A DNA stretch of 64,000 nt from Vicugna vicugna (GCA_013265495.1 MU058844.1:626941-690940); one strand, 5' to 3'; shown: positions 36,224-49,495, counted from the stretch's first letter. Made by a program: numbers and translations. Notes: generated by a model not told the origin, from the letters alone.

Positions 36224-36361
36224 TAGAGTGACCATACAATTAATTTATAATCCAACCTGAGGCATTTTTTTGGGTAAAAGGGAGATTTATCAGTAATTAC
36301 ACTGGGACAAAAGGCATATACCAGGATCATCACAGACCAACTAGAACTTGTGGCTACCCTA
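36224..36361. mobile_element. MER94 hAT MITE, full length
   Basis: TIRs TAGAGTGACCA / TGGCTACCCTA; internal TAATTACACTGGGACAAAAGGCATA. Confidence 0.8.
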
Positions 36362-37457
36362 AGCATAGCCTTCTGATGAGAAAAAGGAATGGAGAAGCCT
36401 TGACTTCATAGGTGGAGGCAGCTAGAGGAAAGGCCAGAAAGCATAGACACCCCCAAGCCAGGTCCTACTTATCTTCTAAGAGGCCCTTCTTTATCTGTGA
36501 TGGAGTTTGGTGATAAATTTGAAATCTGATGGGCAGGAACAATGTGTGACATTAAAGCATGTACCTGACACAGACCCTTGTACCTGAGTCTCCTCTGTCA
36601 TGACTAATTATTAAGAGACACTGAGCTTGAGTAATGCTGTCCCCCTCCCTGAGTCATGAACCTGGCCCATTCTAGGCTGGGAAGGAAACTGGATTTCACA
36701 TCTCCCCAAACCCTTCTCAGCCTTTACAAACTGCCTTTCTGGTTAGCTCAGTGATCTTGGGCAAGTCACAACCTCTCTAGGGTTTGATTTTTCCTTTAGT
36801 GGAAATAAAATGACAATAATTGTTACCCAAGAGAAAAAAATATGATTCAAGATTTTCCAGTGAAAGATGCCACATGGAGCCAAGTGATATTATTATTTTT
36901 ATGACAGTTATTAGTAGAGCTGCTTTTTGTCCCATTCCCTGTCATTAAGCCACTGAGCACAGAATAAACACAGGTTCAGCTGGTGGCTGGTATTCAGTGA
37001 TGTTGGCACTGGAGATGAAGGGAAGGAATTTCTCTCTGGTTTGTGTTTTGCTATTAACCTCCTCACGCCTGGATTTCAGTGTCTACTAGTGTGGAAACTG
37101 GAGACCAGCGGGAGCTAGTGCTTTGATAGCAGAGGCAACCTATGCAGGAAACCTTTTAATAATGAGGCTATTAAAATATTGTCTTCAGCCCTTCCTTAAT
37201 TCCTTTCTTCAATAGACATCAATTGTCTCTGTGTGCCACGTTCTCTTTCCCGAGCATACAACAAGGTGCATAATGACAAACATTAAGCTCTCTGATGTTT
37301 GTTGAATCAAAGAATTTATCAGAGATGTAAGGTTTGGAGAGCTGCCCTTCTACTGCAATTTTACACCTCTCTTACCTATTCTGATGCCTGAGAAACATTT
37401 CTAAATGCAAAACTGCTTTTGTTACCCATTTCTTAAAGAGTCAAGACCAAATTTCTT

Positions 37458-37688
37458 TTTTTTTAAATTGAGGTATAGTTGATTTACAATATTATAGTAA
37501 TTTCATGTGTACAACATAGTGATTCAAAACTTTTATAGATTATACTCCATTTAAAGTGATAAAACATTGGCTATATTCCCTGTGCTGTACAATATATCCT
37601 TGTGGCTTATTTATCTTATACATAGTAGTTTATTCCTCTTAATCTGCCACCCCCACCTTGCCCTCCCCACTCCCTTCTCCCTACCAGT
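37458..37688 (-). mobile_element. L1 3' end, 5'-truncated, inside an L2
   Basis: Perfect TSD ACCAAATTTCTT at 37446-37457 and 37689-37700. Confidence 0.9.
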
Positions 37689-37809
37689 ACCAAATTTCTT
37701 ATTATGGCTTCAGTGTTTGGTCCCTTCTCCCCTTTCTGTCTCATCTTTCACTGAGCCTCTTTTAGGACCACCAAGATCCAGTAGTTGGGACAATCCTGCA
37801 GGCCCTTGA

Positions 37810-38005
37810 ACATACAGTAAATATATTAGGTTTTGTGGATCTTGTGGTCTCTGTTGCAACCACTTGGTACTGCTATTATAGCGTGAAAGCAGCCACAGAC
37901 AAAATGTAAATGAATGGGCATGGCTGTGTCCAAATAAAACTTTATTTACAAAAACAGGCAGTAGCTAGGTTTGGTCCATGGGCTGTAGTTTGCTGGTCTC
38001 TGCTT
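37810..38005 (+). mobile_element. MER58A hAT-Charlie MITE
   Basis: GTAAATATATTAGGTTTTGTGG...GAAAGCAGCCACAGACAA...GGCATGGCTGTGTCCAAATAAAACTTTATTTACAAAAACAGGCAG. Confidence 0.88.
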
Positions 38006-39969
38006 TAGATCTTAGCTCACACTATGCTCTTTCACTTCCTGTATTAAAGGCCTCTTCCTCCTCCATTTATCTGGCCATTACCTATTTAATTGTCACCTCA
38101 AGCCTAAGGCATTTCTCTACTATCCTGGGTAGAACTGGCCACTCATACCACTGTATTCTGTACATACCACCTGCTCACCTGTGTCTTCTCCCCTTACTTG
38201 ATTGTAAACTTTATTCCTTCATTCATGCCTTTACTGATTCATTGATTTACCAATGTTTAATGAGTGCCCACTATGGGGCGGAGTTGGTGACTTTTTAGTC
38301 TTTGTACGGCACCTAGGCAAAAGCCTAGCACATAAAACATGACTAATACATGCTTGAAATAAAAGGAGATAGAAAATAAAGAAGTCCACTGCCAAAGATG
38401 TGTCTTTGGTATAAGTGCCTGAAAATGGGGAATTGTCTATTGGTTTTGGGACCTTTCCATCATGCTGAAGGATTCAGCCAGTTGGTTGCATTTGGAGCTT
38501 TCTTTTCAAGGTTTCTGTAGCCTGGTCTGGAATAGTTTTGTGGCTCCCACCTGTTGTCTATCCTCAATCCCTTTCCTGAGTCCCCAGGGTCCTGCCTTCT
38601 CTTGATCTTATATGGCAGGATCGAGAGCAGCAGCACCAACTTCTAAACTCCTTCACAGGCAGGACTTATGTGGGTTTGAAGTTTACCAACAAAGGGTCAA
38701 CATAGTGCAGTGGCTTCTTACTTTCATTTTAATAGAAGATCTGTTTTTTCCATTGCTACCTGAATGAGCCAGGCTATCTGGACTAAGAAACTGAAGCAGC
38801 TCACAGCATGGGAATATTGGAATTGTTTCCTTGCAGAGTCTAAATCTAATTTTTTTTTCATCCACAGTCTCTGGCTCTTTAAGAGTGATCCTGAGCTATA
38901 TGCAGAAATGAAGCTCCTTGGTTACTCATATTACAGTAATTATTTCTTGGATCCTTGGAGCTCCAAAATATTTGAAGTAGGGCAAAAGCCATTTCCTTAA
39001 ATTTACAACCCACTCTAAATGTAAGCAGAACATTTATGTAATTGGTTGTCACCAGTGGAGCCAAAATAACTTAATTCAGTTCAACCTGGTCAGATGTAGA
39101 TTTTCAGTGGTCAGAAGGTTATGTATCTGTGGTCAGAGGCAGAGAAAAGAAAGTGGTTACAGTTGGTGACAAAACAAACACAAAACCTCCACATGTCTCT
39201 CATGTTACAAGAGCAAATAGGAAAGGAGCCCCAGATGGGGATTATAGCACAGAGTACGTGTTGGGTAAACACTAGAGAAACTGGAAAGAATGTTCTGGGT
39301 CTCGTCACCACTTTTTTTTTAAATACAAGAGAGCAGGAAGGGGCATAGCAGCTGAACAGGGTACAAGATTCTCATTCACGAAACTCACTCCCACAGGTAA
39401 TAGAAAATTAAATAAATCAAAGTCCCATTCTGATAGGGCTCTTTTCACGGATGCATCCGTAATTTGCCTAAGCTGACATTTTAAGACTAATTACTTTTGT
39501 GAGGAAACAATGGTGAGAAGAAATGATGTGCCTGGTATTTTAGAGGAGGAAGGGAGGGGGCAGGGTCATAAACTGACCTTTGGTTACAAAAGAAAAATAA
39601 AGCAGTGTTGCAAATGACCAGGGCCACAAAGGATAGTAAACACAGCAAGGGCACAGTGGAGAACGTGTGGTATTTGTGAGCTAACCTCATTGCAACACTC
39701 ACGCAATGTGGTGGTAAGAAACTTCTGGCAAGTTCCTCCTTTAGTGAGTTGTTGTCAAAGTGTATTTTGAATGGATTCATAATAATGTCTGTGTGTTTAG
39801 GTGGACAAGACATTGGCAGACAAGTTTCATAAATAAATATGCTTCTTGCCTGAGATATTAAAGTTTAAAATAAAATACAGTCTTCACTTTTGTTTCTGGC
39901 ATGAATAAATACTTTACTTTTGGCAGTTCTCATCAAAACTTGAGTGTCACCATTTGATGATGTCCGTTA

Positions 39970-40412
39970 GAATTAAAATTCACACATCCTTTGACTCTGC
40001 AATTCCAGACATGTATGCAAAAATATGTTTGTGGGAGCAAAAGATTGAAAACCACCTATTTGGTTATGAGTTTGGGGCTGGGTAAATTTTGGGACATCCA
40101 CACAGTGGAATATAGTGCAGCTGTTGAAACGAAAGAGGTAAATCTCCCTGTGTGGATTTGCAGTAAACTCCACAATATCATGTTAAGTCTCACTAAGAAA
40201 TAGAGGATTATATGTAAGAAAGGGAGGGGCACTATGCTTGTATATACATAGAATATTTCTGAAAGGATACCTAAGAAATAGAATAGTAGCTGCCTCTTTG
40301 GGAAAGATGGTGAGACTGGGTTCCAGAGGTTAACAGACGTTTACTTTCCACTCCTAATGTTTTGCGCTGTTTGAAATTTTTATTGGCGAGATACATAAAT
40401 CATTTTTTAAAA
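39970..40412 (+). mobile_element. L1ME-like 3' region
   Basis: CTTTGACTCTGCAATTCCA...ACATCCACACAGTGGAATAT...CATAGAATATTTCTGAAAGGATAC. Confidence 0.72.
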
Positions 40413-41159
40413 AGAATGCTAAAGGAAATGTAATTCTTCCCAGTTAATTAGGGTTTTGCTGATGCTGGTATCAGTGCCCAATGAAATAGGCTGAAATATA
40501 TGGTCTGATTCATGGACTAAATGGTTTAAAAACCTACAGAAGAAGGCATCTTTCAGTTAAGTGTATATTTGGGAAGAGTGTTTCAGTAACTAATGAATAA
40601 TAATAAAAAGAAAACATTGATTTGGGGCTGCTATTTTTATGCTGACAGTTTGGAATCCTAGAGAGCTGTATAGAAAGCCCAGAGCTTCTCCCCAGGAAGC
40701 CATAGTAAAGGCCCTTTCATGTTGAAGGGTCACCCTGACTTACAGCCTGCAGAATCATTGATTAAAGCCTACTAACTTCTCAAACATTCTAATCCCATAG
40801 CTCTTAAAGAGTCATCATTGCTACTTCTCTTTTGCCTGTGGATGACTGAAGAATGCTTGAGAGGATAAACACTCATCGATTTATTTACTTTAAATAATAC
40901 CCTGCTCCCTTGCAGGAGCTGATAAACTCAGTGGCCTTTAGAAACCAGTCACATGACAGCAACCTAGCAACCTCCCTCTGAAGTCGGCTTCATGGGCCGG
41001 CAGAAAAATAAGTACAGAAGAGTGGCAGCTAACACAAATTTTCTCCTGAGACCTGCTGCTGAATCAACACACCGTGTTTTGGGAGAGGATATATGACAGT
41101 ATACCCTTCATTTAACCTTTCACAGCCTGCGTCATATCTTGTAACGTTAAGTTTACTGT

Positions 41160-41460
41160 TAATTAATGCTTCATTTGTCTATGCCTTCTCTCTTCTCAGA
41201 CTGTGAGCTCTTTAAGTGCTAGACTGGTGTTTTCACTCATTCATTTGTTCATTTATGGAACAAATATTTAATGCATAGCTACAGCATATGTATGCTCTGC
41301 TAAGCCTTAAGGGGTGCAAAGATGAATAAGATACATTCCTTGCTTTCAAATCACTCACAATCTACTGGTCTCTTTACAGCTCGATAGTCTTATTCAGATT
41401 TGTATCTCCCAAGGTTATTGACACAGATGTTTAACAAATGCTGGTTGATTGAGAAACTGC
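41160..41460. mobile_element. Nested L2 3' ends
   Basis: AGACTGTGAGCTCTTTAAG...; inner opposite-strand CATTCATTTGTTCATTT...CAAATATTTAAT. Confidence 0.7.
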
Positions 41461-42131
41461 TCAAGCTATGCACCCAGAACTGTGCCATGACATTGTGGGC
41501 ACACATTAAATTTTCACTTTTGAGATTTCAGTAAATCACCCATTTCTTGAGACTGCTCCAATAACAGCATTTAGAAACACAATTTCTTCCCTAGGTCAGA
41601 CATTTCTAGACCTTGGAACAGACTCTTTTCGGGCTGGTACTGAGGACAACAATGGTTCTGACCCGGCAATAACCAGGGCTATGAACTCCTGAGGAAGTGG
41701 GCTCATTTTCACATGGACAAACAGTTACAGTAACAAAGGGCACAGGAAGAGGGAAGGCAATCAGGGAAGCTAACCTTTCCTGAGCGCCTGCCCACAGCCT
41801 GGAATTCCACATGCTTCACTTCATTTCGTGAACGTACACCGAGGGAACACAGTTATACCGACGCAGAAAAAAAGAAATGAACATTTTTGGTATCAGCCTG
41901 GTGGTTCGTAGGTCACAGGTATATTTGTATGTATGTATGCATGTAATTATAACTTTAAGTATTTACCAAGCACTCTTCTTTGTGCTAGGTGCCTAGAGAA
42001 GTATGAGCCATAGAGTGTGCCCACAATGAGGCAAATGATAAAGAAACACATCCAAAGTTAAATAACCCTATGAAAATTATATACAGGAACCAAGAGCTTA
42101 GAACTGACTGGATCCATAGGGAACTTATAAT

Positions 42132-42421
42132 CCAGAGTTACACTTCACTGGTGGCATGGAAGATGATTTGGGTGTTATACAAATATTTTGAAATTTCATT
42201 AGGTATTCACTTTAACATGCATTAGAAAATCTGTAATTACAATACCTAACCCTTGAGTATATGGATATTCCCTCTTACTGTTAGGCTCTGTATGAAAATA
42301 AGTTGATTTAAAGATTGTCTAAAGGAAAATATCAAGTAACACCAGGTATAGGGATGTGATTCAGCGATATGGTAATGAATCTGCAAGTGTTGTTTGAATA
42401 ACCTGAGTTTGAGAAATGCAG
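42132..42421. mobile_element. MER113-like hAT-Charlie element within a MIR
   Basis: TAAAGGAAAATATCAAGTAA...GATATGGTAATGAATC...GAGTTTGAGAAATGC. Confidence 0.6.
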
Positions 42422-42679
42422 ATCAAGTCCAATTTCTGGGCTGCAGAGAGGTTCAGTGAATTCTCCAAGGTCCAAAAGCCAGCAGAGAACATAGAACAGA
42501 TCTGGTCACCTGACTGGTCCTCTGCCCCCACATCCTCATTCAATCACTACTTCCTGCTTTGCAGATAATGAAACAACAGCCGTGAATTACGTGTCCTCTC
42601 ATGGTACAATAACTCACATGAGAATTTGCAATGCAGAAAGGATAGAGTTGGCCTCGTGAAAAATCAAAGTTAATATGTT

Positions 42680-42905
42680 TACAGAGTACTTACAATGCAT
42701 GGCAGTATTATAGAAATATCATACTTACTAATTTATTGTCATCCCCAAACCACCCTGTGAGATACACTTAGCTATTTCTACCATTCCCCTTTTCATAGGA
42801 GGAAATTAAGGAACAAAGATCAAATAATTTTCCTAAGATTATAACTTGCAAAGCTGGGATTTGAACCCAGGTAGTTCAGCTCCAGAACTTATTCTTTTAA
42901 CCTCC
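42680..42905 (-). mobile_element. MIR
   Basis: CACCCTGTGAGATA...GGAGGAAATTAAGG...GCTGGGATTTGAACCCAGGTAG. Confidence 0.8.
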
Positions 42906-43929
42906 ACACACTCAGCTCACCAACAATAAGTGAAGAGGTAGAAGAAGCAACCTGTCTCCCTGGTGAAAAGGGACAGAGTCTGCTCAGCTCAGACAATATA
43001 TTTCTCCCTGTTTCAAATTCCCCGGTTAGTCCTTGTTTGTCTCATGGAAGACATTGTTTCTTCAAACCATTAATTTTTAATGTGCAGAAACTCCAGAGAG
43101 GAACCAGAGATTACCAAGAGCAACTTTTGTATAAGAATAATTTATTGCATCACTTTGATAAGAACTATAAAGAAACAGTCCAACTCCCAAAGGGAGAGGA
43201 AGGAGAGAGTCATGGGAGGTGAAAGGAGAGAAGGACAATTTGAGGACACTGTGAGGCTGAGAGTGACACGGGAGAGGAGGTCCCTGCAGGACTGGTCCCT
43301 GCACCGCAGGGGGCCACCAGGTGCTGTGGAAGCCCTGCCTGGTGCCCAGCGCTTGGCACGGCACCTGGCACAGAGCAGGTGTTCACAAGCTTTATGGAGT
43401 GAGTGGAAGCCTGGATGGAAATAAAAGCCAAGCCAAGAGGCAGGCACGAGTACAGTGATTGGAGGTGAGAGGGCATCACACCAACTCGACCTACTTTATA
43501 CCTCTGCTCCAGGTGAGCCCAAGGAGACCACACAGAGCTTCATATCAGACGAAGGAGCTGTGAGCTTGCCGTTTAACAGCGCTCTTAATGTGTCTAAGAC
43601 ACCTTGTTTTGGGGAAATCCATTTCATTTTTGTCACCTGTCGGAGGAGCCCAGCTCAGTCTTCTGGCCTAGCCTTCTTTAGAGAAAGAGCCCTCATTCCC
43701 CCTCGTGACAGGGTGCTTCAGGGTAGGCCAAGGACGTCTGGGGACCAGAACCATCCTCCTCTGTGCTGGTGCCAGAGAGGCATCAGCCCCCGGCAGTTGT
43801 CTCCACCTCACTAGCAGGAGCTGACAGCTAAGCCGTTCCACGCACCTTTGGGGCAAAGAACTGCCGAAAACCAGGGCCAAGCTCAGAGCCTGAAGATTCC
43901 TCCAAAGGCTGCAAGGAGAAACCTTGGGT

Positions 43930-44860
43930 GCATTCATGCATTACATAAGTAGTACGTTCTCAGGGCCCCACTGGTGCACGGAGCCCTGGGCCTCTCAGAA
44001 TTGCGCAATTCTTACGCAGGAGCACTTGTTAAGTGTTGCAACATGACTCCACATCTTTATCAAAAATGTGAAACATCCACCCAGCACACACTTAGAAAAC
44101 ACTAAAGCTCTTCTCCACCAGGTGGTTAAGGCTGCTTGATCCGGCTGACAGGACAGGAGCAGCACGGGACAGGACGGGGAGGTGGGGCATGACTTACTGT
44201 AGCTCTTGGCCCAGGAAGCTGAACACTCAGTACCTTGTACCCCACTAGCCTTGGGCAGCACAGGCTTCTGATAAAATGTATTTTTTTGTGTGTTTGTTTT
44301 TCCTGGCAGTCTCATTTTGGGTTATAAATGGCTCGTTATTTCCATCCCATAGATCCATTCTTGCCTCTGTTGTGTCCTCTTCTTGCTTCTGAAATAACTG
44401 AAAGGTTGGTAAAAATCATCCCTGACGATCCCTGCATGTTCTGACCTTGAGCAGAGGCTAAATGTCCACATCACTCCTGCGGTCTACAGTTGCTCCTGTG
44501 TGGGAGAGGTTGGCTGGAAAGGCCCCCCGAAGCAGAGGGGATATTCATTCTATTTACACTAAAGTACTTGGTGCCCTTAAATGCCAGGAAGTGGCGTGGA
44601 CTTTCGCTTGCTCCAGTCCTGCAACCTTTTCAGAGGACTATTGGGCAATCATCAGAGGTTACAAAGTTGGAATAGCATTCCCCCCAGATAGGTCATTTTC
44701 CCTGCAGGACAGCTTGGAGGCAAATTTTATTAAGTATCAAGTAGCTGACCCAAAGCAGTATAAATAGCGAGAGAGCATATGACAAACCCAGAACTGAATG
44801 TGGTTAAAGCCCAGGCTGAATACGTATAATGTGTTTACTGTCATCAGCACCTGCGTGGAG
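43930..44860. promoter_or_regulatory. Candidate enhancer (C/EBP, PAR-bZIP, ETS, FOX motifs)
   Basis: Repeat-poor and CpG-retaining; ATTGCGCAAT at 44000, TTACATAA at 43941, ATTGGGCAAT at 44640, CAGGAAGTG at ~44585, TGTTTAC and TGTTTGC at 44832-44858. Motif evidence only. Confidence 0.4.
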
Positions 44861-45829
44861 ATGTTTGCCCAGCATCCATCCAGGAAAGGCACTGAACCAC
44901 AGAGATGGAGTTATTAAGGTTCAATCTTAGAAAAATAATTTTATCCCTACTCTTGAAAGCTTGCTGACTACTCAGTCAACCCAAGAAAGGGACCTGAGGA
45001 GAGGTTGGATGTACTTTTTTATATGTAGAGACTGACATAACATATCCTAAGTTCAGCCAGCTAAGAGCCAGAGAACAAGCCTGGAAGCATGGTTTATAGT
45101 GGGCAGGAACTGTAGGCAGTCACCATCAGATGATAGGGACCCCAAAGTTAGAATTTTTAAAGGGAAATATGGAGAGAATTTTAATTCTCTGTTTCCCCCT
45201 GTTGTTTCCTATATTTATTTTAGGAAACAACCCAGTGCAAAGCATGCTTTAATGAGATTGATCAGGCCCCAGATGATTGGGTTATAAGAAGCCACTGAGC
45301 CTTCCCAGGCCAGTTTCCCAAACAGGCTGCCCTGTTGGTCCTGTCCCCACTGGCTGGAGCTGTTGACATTCCAGAAGATAATTTTGTGTTCTTAAAATTA
45401 TGGAAGGAAACTCTGGGGAGACATGGCGTAAGACTGACTGACAGCAGAATTGGCTGAACATTTTTACTCAGAGACAACAAATTTCCAAGGCCGCCTTGGT
45501 CTTGCCTGCAATGGCAGCTTCCCATATCCCTGGTAAGGAAAGACTTCTGCTTCATCAGGATCAAAATTCCAAAACTGTTTTGAAAGGTGGCAGTACTGTT
45601 AGGGTCTAACATCTTTGAAGAAGAGAGTAGCCTCCTGAATATATAAATTCTTGTATGTTTATTAAAAATCAGTATCATTACTTTGTATCTAGAACCGAGA
45701 CAAAAAAGGCCATAGGCTTCCAGAGGCCAGCGTGGCCACGAGGGGCTGATGCAGCCAGGACATGCTGCGTGGAGGCTGTGGGGCATGGACGAGGTCCTGT
45801 CCTTTTCCGAGACTCACTCTCTACTCCCA

Positions 45830-46372
45830 CAAGGACTGCTGGCTCCCTCACCGATATTCACTCGCCATTTCTTCCTCAGTAAACCAACTCCGATCTGGCA
45901 ATGAGCCTGGCTAAAGACTACATTTCCCAGCCTTCCTTACCATAGGGGTGGCTAATAAGACCTAAAGAGTTGTTGGGAGGGAGGCATTGTCAGATAAAAT
46001 TTCCCAGTTAAATTTGAATTTCAGATAAGCAATGAATAATTTTTAATATGAGCATTTCCCATGTAATATACTAGTATTTTTCATTTGCCAAATTGGCAAC
46101 TCTCCAGTTAAGTCTTCTGGGAAACAAGGTAGGACACTCCTTTTGCCCTTTTTCCCCTTTCTCTTCTTTCCTGGGATATGGATGGGATAGTCGGGACTTC
46201 AGCAACCATCCTGGATCATGCGTTTAAGGATGGCAGAAGAGAAAAATGGAAGACTTGGGTCCCTAATGATTGTATCCCTTCTGACTTTATGTGTGAGAAT
46301 AAACCACTGACTTGCTTTAGCTACTAATAGTACCCTCTTACTTGCATCCAGTTGCTATTTGTAACTGATACA
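45830..46372 (+). mobile_element. MLT1J-like MaLR LTR containing a partly deleted MER53 hAT MITE (~45985-46102)
   Basis: AAAGACTACATTTCCCAGCC...AGCAACCATCCTGGATCATG...TAACTGATACA; inner CCCAGTTAAATTTGAATTTCAGATAA...TGGCAAC. Confidence 0.75.
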
Positions 46373-48304
46373 GTCATGATAAAAAAAATGCACTGTTAAT
46401 TTTGGTGTTAAGTCAGTTTACCATGTGTCTTCACCTTCTTTTTATGTGACATAAACCACTCTCCTTTCACTTATTATTTTTTTCAAGGTCCCCAAGAGGG
46501 ATGGGTGGAGTTCCTTATTACCTTTGAAATGACAGCCCTCAGCATGAGCTTTTACATGATGTTATTACCTGACTGTTTTGCAAACAGCATTTAGGTATTT
46601 TGAGTATTTGCGTCAGGTAATTAATAATAATATTTCTAAAGTTCTTATCTCTGTGCAAAGTTTGGCCTGAAAGCTCAAGTCCTCTGAAACTCCAGAACCA
46701 TTATTTCAAAACAGTGAAATTACATTTGAATTTCCATCTTCTGCTTTGAGAAAACTTTCTTTTATATAGTTTAAGTTTTCATTAGCCCTTGTATTGATAG
46801 CCTCCCTTATATGAGGTAAAGATTAGCTATGAATGGTCATGTGTACAGGTACAGCTGATTTGCCAGGCTCCATGAGTAATTCAGGAATAATGTAAAACCA
46901 AATTCCTCCAGCCTTGTTAGCAAGTCGACTTCTTTGAATGGTCCCTGTGAGGCATTCTGAGAAATGGAGAGGTCACAGAACTGGCCTCTTTATGTATCAG
47001 CCCAGGGTAAATAGCTTACCTCGGCTGGGTATGCAGAGGAAAAGACGTTCCTGGGCTGTGAACTGTATAAATGCCTGCCCTTCCTTTTGCAGTGGAATCT
47101 TTCAAAGGTTAAGTAATAGTAAATAATCAACTAAGATTTCTCAGATTGGTTGCGTTTACCTTTCTCTGAAAAAAATTTTTCCCCATGAAGACAAAGCAAC
47201 TTTGGAATGAGAGCAATATTTCCTTTTAGGCCTCCCTGCTTCAGACATTCAGAGAACAAGATCAGGCCTGGCCTGGCCGGCAGAGGATGCCTGGGGCAGC
47301 CAGCCAGACTTGCCGTGTGAGTGAGAGGAGGTGAGTTAGAATTTAACAGAAGAGAAGGAAAGAGAACTCCCATTTAATATTGTAAGTTTCTGCATGGGCC
47401 TTTTAAGGGTAAGCAGAATCTTGCCCCTCACTGGGGATAAAAAAAGTTGAAAGTCAAATCCTGAAATCTGAATTATATTACAAATATATAAATATATAAA
47501 TATATATATATATATAACTTGCTCCACAAAGGAGCAAGGAATACACCAATGGAGAGATATTGACCAGGAAGATCTGGCCTTGGTATCTAATGACAGGTCA
47601 TGATGTCATGGTCATTAGCTCAGAAGAATTGACAGTTGAGCCCATTTGTGTGTCCATATTTTAGATGCAAATAAAAGTTGGGCTAATGTTAGTTGGGGAA
47701 AAAAAAGCAAATCTGTTAATTAGTATTATCTATACAATGTTAAGGGGAAAATAATTTATTTTTGGTTCAGTGCACATTGTTTCGTACAGGGCATACTGAT
47801 TATATTCATATCGAATACCCATTCAGCAAGCATGCTTTGAGTGCCTACTATGTGCCGGGCACTATGCTAGGTGCTGGCAATGCACCCACTAGTCTAGTGC
47901 TGACAGCAGAAAGGATAATAATGCCTTTGAACTTCACAAGTAGGTTAGAATTTTTCAGGGGCCCTCTTTTCTCTTCCCTCAACAAGAGCACAGCCAGAGC
48001 CAGCCACCTGCCTTGTACTGTGATCTCTAAGGGAATGATAATGGCTGTTTAAACCAAAAGTGCACCATGGGCACATTTGCAATTTTCCTCCCTTCTTTTA
48101 ATAGCCTTAGTATAAGCCCTGAAGTGAAAAATTAGAAGATTTTTTTTAATGTTAGAAATCTCTTCTCTGCTACTTAGTAACAACAACTTTGGTCAAGTTT
48201 TAAAAATTTTCTAGGACCATGTATAAACATTTATAAAATGAGATGGTAGAAAGTAGGACTAGGTTGAATTAATGATTCACTGTTAGGATAAACAATAAGA
48301 GTAG

Positions 48305-48490
48305 GTTACTAGCTACTTACAAACTGTATGATCTCAGGGTAGTTACTCAATTCTCTTAGTCTCAGTTTCCTTATCTAAGAAATGGGGATAATTTGCTAAT
48401 TGTTGTAAGGATGAAATGGGTTAATGGGTAGCACACCTAGTTCAATGCAGGGCATAGTATAAGTCCCCCAGTGAATGTAACTGTTTTCAT
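48305..48490 (+). mobile_element. MIR
   Basis: CTACTTACAAACTGTATGATCTC...CTCAGTTTCCTTATCT..AAATGGGGATAAT. Confidence 0.8.
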
Positions 48491-49364
48491 CCCACTCAAC
48501 AATGATTTTAATCTTGCTCTGTTGTATGTGTGTATGTATGCATTGCTTTGTCTCTCCTTCTCTGTGTCTGTCATTTCTCTATCATCACTGATATCTTAGT
48601 AAGTGGTTAACTGAGGGAAGTCAACATATTAGGACACAAACATGTAATGGATTCCCCCCACCCCGCCATCAGTACTTTCAACGATGTTGTGTCTAATCCC
48701 TTTTTCTATCCCTCAACCTCACCTAAGGCATATTGTAGAAATGTACAGTTTTAGAAAGCTAGGTCCATAGCGTTTGAATCTTATTCTGCTTCACAGCTTC
48801 TCTCCTCCCTCCTCCCCTTCCTAGGCTCTAGCTCCTCCAGGGCATTGGGCAGGGAGCAAGGGGAGGGGGAGGAACCAACAGCGCTTAATTATCCACCTAT
48901 GTCTGTGATTCTGTCACCCCTGTGGGTGCTGTCTCAGGCAACCCTTGCTGGCGTGTTGGTGCCCAAAGCCGGTGGTACATTGTGGGTCTCTGGAGGGCCT
49001 TGTGGGGCTCCTGACTGTATAGTTCAGTGACCTGGAAGACCTGGCCCCCATAGACCTCCTCTACCCCTCAGTTCTGCCGTGGCTGTTACCCTTCCAGACT
49101 GTTACACTGTGGCGCCATCTCTCTAGCATCTAGCGAGTTGTCTCCATTTTCATGCATAATTTCATTGGAATTTGAACTGTGTTTCGAGAATGTAATTTTT
49201 GCCCTTTAGGTGCTTAGAGCTCCCATGGGTATCTACTAGTGACTGAGACACAGTTAACTGAATAAAGGCAGGAGGGGCTGCATCGTGGGCTTGATTCAGT
49301 CTCAGTGATTTACTTGTCTTCCATTAGTTCGGATTCAAAGTCCTTTACTAAAAACAAAGGAGTC

Positions 49365-49495
49365 GGGGGAGGGTATAACTCAGTGGTAGAGTGGTGCTTA
49401 GCACGCACAAGGTCCTGGGTTCAATCCCCAGAACCGTCATTAAAATAAACAAAGAAACAAACAAACAAACCTAATTACCCTCCCAAACAACAACA
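49365..49495 (+). mobile_element. tRNA-Ala-derived SINE (camelid Vic-1 type)
   Basis: Same head as 11359; TSD AAAAACAAAGGAGT at 49350-49363 and 49496-49509. Confidence 0.92.

Noticed and set aside
43037..45882. Dense overlapping ORFs (60-174 aa) as a gene
   Set aside because: Expected from locally higher GC; no recognisable domains or consistent exon phase.
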